DNA from: Spirochaetia bacterium | GTDB taxonomy: Bacteria; Spirochaetota; Spirochaetia; SP-2023 | Direction: 5' to 3' | DNA length: 64,000 bases | Assembly (NCBI GenBank): GCA_965225855.1 | Contig: CBDDCK010000005.1 | Coordinates: forward strand, 1,920,001-1,984,000 | Shown here: piece after piece, positions 51,272 to 59,428 of the stretch | How the letters are laid out: each line of letters opens with the position of its first letter | Position numbering within the stretch: the first letter of the stretch is position 1 | Notes under the pieces: generated by a model | The model's input: only the letters and a program-made list of their open reading frames with translations | What the model was told of the DNA's origin: nothing | Database searches by the model: none | Translations under genes and position numbers: made by a program

Positions 51272-52111
51272 ATGCTTGCGATGTTTCCACAACTAAATGG
51301 TACTGCCAGTTTTTTGCGCTATACAGACGATGCAGAAAGTGCTTATTTGCAAAAAATTGCCAAAACCGATGCTTGGAATAATGTGAACCAATGGTTAGTT
51401 CCTTCTTTAGCTTTGGCAACTTTTGTTATTGTTTATTGGCTTAACCGAAAAAAATTAGAAATTCTACTATACGGTAACCCAGCAAATTCTAATGAGCTTT
51501 TCACTTTTATTCATATAGCCATACAGTTTTTTATTGCATTGCTGCACATTGTGCTGCTAGCATATCTAGTTAAGCTCGTGCGTATTTTAGGCTATTTTCG
51601 TAAATCTAGTGAAAATGTACAAACAGCAGGAGAGCCAGAAATACATCAGCTCAATGACTATGTTATTTATAGGATAGCCGCTTGTCCCGATATGGCTTTG
51701 TCTTTGGTCTTGACCAGTCGCTCTGGCGTGCGGCGTTATCGTTGGCACTATTATTTAGATGAGGCGCCGATAACCCCTTTGCCACAACAGCGCAAGCTGC
51801 TACCGCTTTATGTCCAAAAGAAATCCTGGGAAAAATTAAGTGAATATAACCTAGAACAGCTTGCCCAAGTTTTTCCCGACAAAGTTTGGTTGAAACTTTG
51901 CCAAGAATCTGAACAGTATTGCAATTTGCGTTTTCATATTGCAGATGTACCATACTATGGTTTTCATTTTTACTATTTGTGTGCCATGGGCTTGGCTCCT
52001 AAAGATAATGATTTTTCAGATGCCAATCATAACAATGCTGAATTATCTGGCTTGGCTACACTACTTCAGGCTATACCTTCAGTTGATAACAAATATAAGA
52101 TATTGCCCTAG
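51272..52111 (+). CDS. Hypothetical membrane protein
   Basis: 279-aa ORF with two TM segments; start uncertain. Confidence 0.6.
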   Translation: MLAMFPQLNGTASFLRYTDDAESAYLQKIAKTDAWNNVNQWLVPSLALATFVIVYWLNRKKLEILLYGNPANSNELFTFIHIAIQFFIALLHIVLLAYLVKLVRILGYFRKSSENVQTAGEPEIHQLNDYVIYRIAACPDMALSLVLTSRSGVRRYRWHYYLDEAPITPLPQQRKLLPLYVQKKSWEKLSEYNLEQLAQVFPDKVWLKLCQESEQYCNLRFHIADVPYYGFHFYYLCAMGLAPKDNDFSDANHNNAELSGLATLLQAIPSVDNKYKILP

Positions 52112-52168
52112 ATGATTTTATGGTTTTAATAAGAAAGAGACGAAACATAAGTGAATTAGGGGGAGCCA

Positions 52169-53209
52169 TTGGAGAAAAAACTGCCAGAGTTAACAGAGAT
52201 TATTTACAGACTGGAAGATTTCCATTCCAAAAATAATGTATGGTTGGATATTACCGAGGGGAAAATTATAGAATTGGCACCAGAAATTTTGGAAGCCAAG
52301 CCAGAATTACTAGGCGATAGTATTTTCCCTTTGCCTGATTGGTCATCGGGCCAAGGTTATGAATTGATGCAGAAATTTGCCAGTAGATACCAATACGATA
52401 ATGAATTACATAAAATATTGCGCAGTCGGCACCAAGTATTTAAACGTTATCGCAACTACTTAAAACTATATCCAGAATTAAAGCAGGCTTGGCATGATTT
52501 TAAAGAACAATATTTTTTTCAGTATCTACAATCATGGTATGCTTGCGAATTTCCTAAAGCGCGGGGCTTGCAAAAAGCATTGCAGGGTTTAAATTGCTCT
52601 TTACATTCAGCTATTGAGGGTAGAGATGGGAATCTAAAAAATTATTTGGGGTTGTTGGAAGAAGAAACAGAAGCGAGTCTAGTTGAATCCCTTTTGCCGG
52701 AAGATTTTGAATTTTGCGAGACGATAGGGGAAACGGCTGCTATGTTTTCTCAGCTTAGTATAACAGAAATTGAATTGCGTACTTTTGCCTTATTCCATTT
52801 CAGTGATGAGTACCATATTCTAAGTGGTTCACATTTCAAGCGTTTGCACAGCCTTTGTAACAATGTATTTTGGTTGAATCGTATCGATCTGGTAAGCCCT
52901 GCGGGGGATTGTATTGCTAGTTTGTATTGGGCTTGGCACAAAGCGATGCAACCCAAATGCCAACCAGAGGGCCACAACCAAGCGCGATTGATTATGTGTA
53001 TCAGCAATAAAGAATATACCCAACTCAAATTAGAAAACCATCTGTTGAGCTATTTTTTATCACAACGACAAAAATATGGTATACAAATAGTCGAGCTCCA
53101 TCTTAGTTGTGCTGCTGAAAAGTTTTATACAGAAACACTATTGGAATATCAATTAGAACAAAAAGGCAGAATCTGCCATATATCTTTTAGCTCTGAAAAA
53201 ATTAGATAG
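52169..53209 (+). CDS. Hypothetical protein with UPF0158-like N-terminal region
   Basis: LPDWSSGQGYELMQKF..VFKRYRNYL..YPE..W pattern. Confidence 0.6.
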   Translation: MEKKLPELTEIIYRLEDFHSKNNVWLDITEGKIIELAPEILEAKPELLGDSIFPLPDWSSGQGYELMQKFASRYQYDNELHKILRSRHQVFKRYRNYLKLYPELKQAWHDFKEQYFFQYLQSWYACEFPKARGLQKALQGLNCSLHSAIEGRDGNLKNYLGLLEEETEASLVESLLPEDFEFCETIGETAAMFSQLSITEIELRTFALFHFSDEYHILSGSHFKRLHSLCNNVFWLNRIDLVSPAGDCIASLYWAWHKAMQPKCQPEGHNQARLIMCISNKEYTQLKLENHLLSYFLSQRQKYGIQIVELHLSCAAEKFYTETLLEYQLEQKGRICHISFSSEKIR

Positions 53210-53247
53210 CAGAGAATTTTTCTATATATATCTGGATAATAAAAACA

Positions 53248-53680
53248 ATTTGTTTGGCATCTGTACCATCATTGTATCGCCTAGAAAATAAGCCTTGTCT
53301 TAGCTTTGTCTTCTGGTTTGAATATTTGCAGCATTTGGGCTCATGTATGGCATTTATTTTGTCCTCTGTAAGCTAACGATGAGTTACTTTAGTAAATACT
53401 TCTAGGCGTTTCGTTTCTTCTTTAGCTTTCTTGGGATAGCTCTAATTTAGTCTGCTCACTTATATCGTCTCCATAGCAGATAAATAATTAAAAAGCAACA
53501 ATAGCCCCCCACCCAATAACTGCCCCAGCCCCACCCAACACCCCAAAGCAACAAACCCGATCAACACTGTATGGCCAAAGTTGTTTGCGCAAAGCGCTTT
53601 CGGTATATATCCAGAAGAGCCGCAAGGTAAAGGCGAAAGGGCTTCAGATAAAAAACCCTAAAACATAGCCAAACGATTAT
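53248..53680. repeat. Modules A, C and B (dispersed repeats) upstream of LP5
   Basis: Matches 11944-12280 and 27200-27310. Confidence 0.85.
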
Positions 53681-53763
53681 TAATGATAGGCTGGTAAAAG
53701 AAATTTTAGCTAAGGCTAAAGCAGAACAATACCGATAAATAAATACCCCAGCCCCCTCTAACC

Positions 53764-53880
53764 ATAGAATTACCTCGCACCTATATAATAGAATCGACCT
53801 AATTCTATCAATAGATTTACCTCGCACCTATTGATAGAATTGACCTAAATCTATCAATAGAATTACCTCCCACCTATTAA
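53764..53880. repeat. Module H, five alternating ~23-bp units
   Basis: ATAGA at 53764, 53788, 53811, 53834 and 53857; units atagaattacctcgcacctat.. and atagaatcgacctaattctatca. Confidence 0.85.
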
Positions 53881-54331
53881 TACCCTAGTCTTTAATGAAA
53901 TTTTCTACATCGGCACATAATCCACGACCTATACAACAATCATCGGAAATCGTTGCCCAAATTCTGAACGCCCCTGAAAGAATAATATCCTGTTTTCATT
54001 TTCATTAAATGTTTCACCTTTTGGAGATTGCCCCATAGTGTAATCGAAGTGTAATCGAAGTGTAATCAAGTATTTTATTCAATTCTACACTTTCCCACCC
54101 CAAAGGCCAAACAAAGGCCCTTAAGCCTTTTGATTTCAACACCCACAAGCCTTTTGATTGGCATGGATTTTTAACTACCTTACAACACTAAGGACCTAAC
54201 AAAAAAAGCACAAAAAAACTTACAAAAAGCCTTATATAGGCCTTGACGCAACACCCCCCTAGCAAAATGGGGCACTATGCACTAGCCCGTATGGGTTGGT
54301 TAATCTTTATCCATTTTTGGAGGTATTGCTT

Positions 54332-56092
54332 ATGTATAAGCACAAACTACTTTTATTGCCTGTAGCCTGGCTACTGGCCTTTATGGCCTTGGCCTGCGCC
54401 CCACCCGATGACGATGATCGATCTTCTGCGCCGTCTAAGCCGACTATCAATAACGCCATCTACGACTTTGCTACGGCTCTGTTAACCGTACAAGGTACTC
54501 ACTTAAGTCCTACAGAAGCCCAAATCCAAACCATCGTAGTAGATGGCGTAGCCTTCAGTTCCTATACTGCAGATGACGATGCCACTGGGGTAAATAGTAA
54601 AGGTCTTGAACAAGGTAAGTACCGTATTAAAAGCGATGGCACAGCGCTTTGGCTTAGACTTACCGATGACGATAAAGCTGCTCTGAATGGCAAGACAGGT
54701 ATGGATAGCAATGGTCTAAAAAAAGGGTTGCTTAGCGTTGCCTCTGGTGCTTGGGCGGGTTTAAATACAGCCAAAGACTTGGAAGTTAGGAATGTACCCG
54801 AAAATAAGCAGTCTAAAGTATCCGATGACAATCAGCCATCTAAGCAAACTGAAGACGAACAAGCTGAACAAGCTGAAGAGGAGTCGCCTAAGCAACCTAA
54901 AGACGAAGAAGACGAACAAGATGAAGAAGTCGAACAAGCTGAACAAACCGAAGAAGTCGAAGATAAGCAGTCTAAGACCGAAGCCGAAGAGGATTCGCCT
55001 AAAGCTGCAATTACCGGTGCAACCTACAATGTTGGCACGGCGCTGTTAACCTTGCAAGGTACTCACTTAAGTCCTACAGAAGCCCAAATCCAAACCATCG
55101 TAGTAGATGGGGTAGCCTTAAGTTCCTATATTGCAGATGCCACAGCCACTGGGCCAGATAGTCGCAGTCTTGCAAAAGGTAAGTACCGCATGAAAAGCGA
55201 TGGCACAGCGCTTTGGCTTTACCTTACCGATCAACATAAAGCTACTCTGAATGGCAAGACAGGTATGGATAGCAATGGTCTAAAAGAAGGGTTGCTTAGC
55301 GTTGGCACTGGTGCTTGGGGAGGTTTAGATACAGCCAAAGACTTGGCCGTTAGTGGAAACCCCGCACCCACAATTACCAGTGCAACCTACAATGCTATTA
55401 CAGGCGTGTTAGTGATTACAGGTACTAATTTACCAGCAGCATTTACAGGCTGGGACTTTAGCAAATTGAGGTTTGTCGCAGGTGATGGTCGTACTAAGAG
55501 TCTCTCATTATCCCCGCATACAACCGCAGGTGAAGATAGAGCCACAGGTTCTGCAGCAAGTGTAACAAGCTTAACGATTACTTTAACGGGTAATGAAAAA
55601 GCCAAAGCCAATGCTATATTGGTTAAGGATGGTGATAGTGATAATGCTGGTGCATACAACCTGGAAGCAGCAGCAGGATTTGCAGGTGGTAGCGCTGAAG
55701 ACACAAGCAGCCCTATTACCGTTAGTGGCTACGCAAGCCAGCTCACCGAAGTACAATACTATTCTAGTTCAGGCAAGTTAATTATTTTAGGTAGCAGGTT
55801 ACCGACAACAATTGCAGAGTGGGACTTTAGCAAATTGACGCTTGTATCCGGTGATGGTAAGAAGAGATACCCATTACCCCAGCACGCAGTAGGTGAAGAC
55901 ACAGCCACAGGTTCTGCAGCAAATACAAGAGGCGTAATTATTATTTTAAGCGGTAGTGTAAAAGCGGAAGTCGAGAAGATACTGGTTCAGATTGGTGGTA
56001 ATGATGATGCTGGTAACTACAACCTGGAAGCAGCAGCAGGATTTGTAACGGGTAAGCCAGAAGACCCAACCACTGGTATAACAAGGTTTTAA
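54332..56092 (+). CDS. Repeat-domain surface lipoprotein LP5 (X-stalk-X-Y-Y)
   Basis: Lipobox MALA-C; promoter with C6 tract at 54254-54259. Confidence 0.88.
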   Translation: MYKHKLLLLPVAWLLAFMALACAPPDDDDRSSAPSKPTINNAIYDFATALLTVQGTHLSPTEAQIQTIVVDGVAFSSYTADDDATGVNSKGLEQGKYRIKSDGTALWLRLTDDDKAALNGKTGMDSNGLKKGLLSVASGAWAGLNTAKDLEVRNVPENKQSKVSDDNQPSKQTEDEQAEQAEEESPKQPKDEEDEQDEEVEQAEQTEEVEDKQSKTEAEEDSPKAAITGATYNVGTALLTLQGTHLSPTEAQIQTIVVDGVALSSYIADATATGPDSRSLAKGKYRMKSDGTALWLYLTDQHKATLNGKTGMDSNGLKEGLLSVGTGAWGGLDTAKDLAVSGNPAPTITSATYNAITGVLVITGTNLPAAFTGWDFSKLRFVAGDGRTKSLSLSPHTTAGEDRATGSAASVTSLTITLTGNEKAKANAILVKDGDSDNAGAYNLEAAAGFAGGSAEDTSSPITVSGYASQLTEVQYYSSSGKLIILGSRLPTTIAEWDFSKLTLVSGDGKKRYPLPQHAVGEDTATGSAANTRGVIIILSGSVKAEVEKILVQIGGNDDAGNYNLEAAAGFVTGKPEDPTTGITRF

Positions 56093-56349
56093 ATTGGTAA
56101 GTAGGGTTTCTTTTAACCTCGCTTGCCCAATAGCTCTTAGAGCAGCTAAGTGAAAGCTAGCGGGAGGCCAACCAAGTAAATGCGGTAAGCAATGCTTGGT
56201 TGGCCTGTTGTTGGGCATTAAGAGAGTTTCTTAATGCCCAACAACAGAATTTCTTAATAACTAACAAGAGAAACTTTGGCCAAGCCTTGCTTGCCTTTTG
56301 GGTGGGCACTATGGCTAGCAACTCACTACCAAGCGGGTAGTGGCTTACG

Positions 56350-56700
56350 ATAACGGTGATGGAATTAGCCCAGTTAAATGAGTATTTGGACTTGGCTTTG
56401 AATATTGGTATTAATCAAGTAGATAATATTCAGTTGCAAGTTCAAGATCAAGCAAAATACCAGATGCAGGCTCGCTTAGCGGCAATAGAGGATGCCCAGA
56501 AAAAAGCTGAATTGCTAGCAGAGGGCTTTGGCAAAAAGCTAGGGGCAATTTGGCAGGTACGCTATAACAACCATTCAGTCAGCCAGCCTCTACAACGGGG
56601 TAAAGCGATGATGTTGAATTGACCAGCGCAGATCAATAGCTATCAAGATACAACTTTAACCATTTGCGACCAAGTTGATGTGATATATAGGCTTGACTAA
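56350..56700 (+). pseudogene. SIMPL/YggE (DUF541) C-terminal remnant
   Basis: LNEYLDLAL..GINQVDNIQL..ARLAAIEDA.KKAE.LA; in-frame TGA at 56620 then NSYQDTTLTI.DQVDVIYRLD*; N-terminal half absent. Confidence 0.75.
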
Positions 56701-56812
56701 ACTAGAATCAATCATTGTTTTTGTGTTATAATTTGTCAAACTTTTGCTAGCCTCTTGGGCTTGATGTGTTTATCTTTAGTCAAAATCAAAATCAATTTAG
56801 AAAGGATTTTTT

Positions 56813-58732
56813 ATGGGAAAATGTAAGTTTAAAACCGAAGTGAAACAGATTTTAGACTTGGTGGTCCATTCACTCTATTCAAATCGCGAAATCTTTTTGC
56901 GTGAATTAATCTCCAATTCATCAGATGCGATTGACAAATTAAAATATCTTACATTGACAGATGAGGCATATAAAAATTTAAACTTCAGTCCAAAGATTGA
57001 AATCAAGCTCAATGAAGATGGTAGACAGCTGCAAATCATGGACAATGGTATTGGCATGAATGCAAAAGACCTAGAAGAAAATCTAGGTACTATTGCCAGT
57101 AGTGGTACCAAAAAATTCCTTAATTCTTTGGGTGATGACCAAAAGAAAGGCTCTAATTTAATTGGTCAGTTTGGTGTTGGTTTTTATTCGGCTTTTATGG
57201 TGGCCGAGAAAGTGGAAGTTCTAAGCCTTAAAGTTCTAAGCGAACAAGCTTTTCTATGGTCCAGTGATGGTAGTGAAGAATATATTCTTAAAGAGGCTGT
57301 GCGTGAAGAAGGGCAAGGGACTACGGTTACCCTCTATTTTAATGAAGATGCCCAAGGTAGCGAGGGCTTTAATACTCGCTGGAGCTTGGAGCGCGTGATC
57401 CAAAAGTATTCAAATCATGTTGCTTTTCCCATCTATCTAACTTCTTTTCAAGATCAATATGATGAAGAGGGCAACAAAAAGCAAGAAAAAGAATGCCGGC
57501 AAGAGCAATGCAATACCGCTTCAGCTTTGTGGAAACGCTCTAAGTCTGAAATCAAAGAAGAAGAATATAAAGAATTTTTCAACAGTTTGGCCCACGATAC
57601 AGGCGAGCCTTTGCACACCATTCATACAAAAGCTGAAGGCACTCTAGAATATACATCTTTGTTCTTTGTTCCAGAGAAAGCTCCTTTTGATATGTATCAA
57701 GCGGACTACCGTTCTGGGCTAAAATTGTATGTACGGCGTGTTTTTATCAGTGATGATAATCGAGAATTTTTGCCTGTTTACTTGCGTTTTGTACGGGGGA
57801 TTATTGATTCTGAAGACTTGCCGCTCAATGTTAGCCGTGAGATATTGCAGCAAAATAAGATATTGCAGCAGATCAGAAAAGCATCGGTCAAGAAAATACT
57901 TTCTGAGTTTGATCTGCTTAGTCGCAATGACACAGAAAAATACATTCAGTTTATTGAGCAATATAATCGCCCTCTAAAAGAAGGTTTGTACAGTGATTAC
58001 GAGAATCGCGAAGAATTGCAACAACTATTGCGCTTCCGCTCCACCGAAACTATTGGCAAAGAAGGTATGGAAAAATGGACATCGCTGAAGGAATATTGTA
58101 GCCGTATGAAAGACGGCCAGCAAAGTATTTATTATATTACTGGACACAAAGCCGAACAGCTTAGCAACTCTCCTCTGTTGGAGGCCTATAAGAAAAAAGG
58201 TTTTGAGGTTTTAATCTTGGATGATGAAATCGATGAAATTATCTCTCAACAGCTAGGTCCTTATAAGGTGGAAGAAAAACATATTCCAGTTAAAGGGGTC
58301 AATCGCAGTGATAGTACGGACGAACTGAAAGACGAAGAAAGCGAAAAAGAGCAAGAGTCGAAAAGTAAAGAATATAGTGCTTTGCTCGAAAAGTTTAAGG
58401 ACATTCTCAAAGAAGAAGTCAAAGATGTAAAACTTTCGTTGCGTTTGACTGAATCTCCAGCTTGTGTGGTCGATGATCAAAATGATCCAAGTGCCCAATT
58501 GCAGCAAATGATGCGCTCGATGGGGCAAGAAGCTCCTCAGGCTAAACCAATTTTAGAGCTCAATCCCAACCATGCCATTATTCAAAAGCTCCAAGGCAAA
58601 GTAGAAAATGAAGATATTCATGATCCAGCTTACTTATTGTTGGAACAAGCTCTACTTGCTGCTGGGCTAGTTATTGCTGATCCATTAGCGATGTCGAAGC
58701 GCATTGGTCGGCTTATGCAACAAAGCTTATAG
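56813..58732 (+). CDS. htpG: Molecular chaperone HtpG (Hsp90)
   Basis: HSLYSNREIFLRELISN, DNGIGM, IGQFGVGFYS, DSEDLPLNVSRE. Confidence 0.98.
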   Translation: MGKCKFKTEVKQILDLVVHSLYSNREIFLRELISNSSDAIDKLKYLTLTDEAYKNLNFSPKIEIKLNEDGRQLQIMDNGIGMNAKDLEENLGTIASSGTKKFLNSLGDDQKKGSNLIGQFGVGFYSAFMVAEKVEVLSLKVLSEQAFLWSSDGSEEYILKEAVREEGQGTTVTLYFNEDAQGSEGFNTRWSLERVIQKYSNHVAFPIYLTSFQDQYDEEGNKKQEKECRQEQCNTASALWKRSKSEIKEEEYKEFFNSLAHDTGEPLHTIHTKAEGTLEYTSLFFVPEKAPFDMYQADYRSGLKLYVRRVFISDDNREFLPVYLRFVRGIIDSEDLPLNVSREILQQNKILQQIRKASVKKILSEFDLLSRNDTEKYIQFIEQYNRPLKEGLYSDYENREELQQLLRFRSTETIGKEGMEKWTSLKEYCSRMKDGQQSIYYITGHKAEQLSNSPLLEAYKKKGFEVLILDDEIDEIISQQLGPYKVEEKHIPVKGVNRSDSTDELKDEESEKEQESKSKEYSALLEKFKDILKEEVKDVKLSLRLTESPACVVDDQNDPSAQLQQMMRSMGQEAPQAKPILELNPNHAIIQKLQGKVENEDIHDPAYLLLEQALLAAGLVIADPLAMSKRIGRLMQQSL

Positions 58733-58850
58733 TCGTTTTAAATATTCAAACCGGTTTTGGTTAATTTTTGATTTTTTCAATTTCAGTACCGATTTGTCAT
58801 TTTATATTGGTATTTTCTGTTGGTTTTGTACCCCATATTTTGAGTAATAT

Positions 58851-59411
58851 ATGAGTTCGATTTCGCAATTATCTTTTGTTTCTCCTACAAAATTAGCGGA
58901 AGTAACCAGTAAATTGTCAGGAAAAGCAGAAGTCTGCCTTTCTGTTCCTGTGTCCGTAGATATTTCTTATTTGGAGACTGGCACTATTGTTTTGCTTTCT
59001 GGCACTATATATACCGCTCGAGATGCGGCGCATAAACTTATGATAGAAGGGTTAAAACAAAATTTGCCTTTGCCTTTTAATCCTGTGGGTCAAATTATTT
59101 ATTATACTGGCCCCACACCTGAGCGTGCAGGCGAAGTTATTGGTTCGGCAGGCCCAACTAGTAGTTACCGTATGGACCCTTACACCCCTGTTTTGTTGGA
59201 GCGAGGGCTAAAAGGGTGCATTGGCAAAGGCGAGCGTGGCTGTATGGAGGCTTTTGCCCTGTACGGCGCAAAGTATTTTTTAGCGGTAGGGGGTACTGGA
59301 GCCTTGATTTCTAAATGCATTAAGGCTTCGCGTGTTATCGCTTATGAAGAGTTGGGCACAGAAGCAATTCGTGAATTGCAAGTAGAGAACATGCGTGTGA
59401 TTGTTGCATGA
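58851..59411 (+). CDS. Fe-S hydro-lyase beta subunit (fumarate hydratase/tartrate dehydratase C-terminal domain)
   Basis: SGTIYTARDAAHK, GSAGPTSSYRMD, IGKG, ELGTEAI. Confidence 0.9.
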   Translation: MSSISQLSFVSPTKLAEVTSKLSGKAEVCLSVPVSVDISYLETGTIVLLSGTIYTARDAAHKLMIEGLKQNLPLPFNPVGQIIYYTGPTPERAGEVIGSAGPTSSYRMDPYTPVLLERGLKGCIGKGERGCMEAFALYGAKYFLAVGGTGALISKCIKASRVIAYEELGTEAIRELQVENMRVIVA

Positions 59412-59428
59412 TTTGTTTATGTAATTTT

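Noticed and set aside
56745..56785. CIRCE element upstream of htpG
   Set aside because: No convincing match to TTAGCACTC-N9-GAGTGCTAA; only an extended -10 (TGnTATAAT, 56724-56732) is visible.
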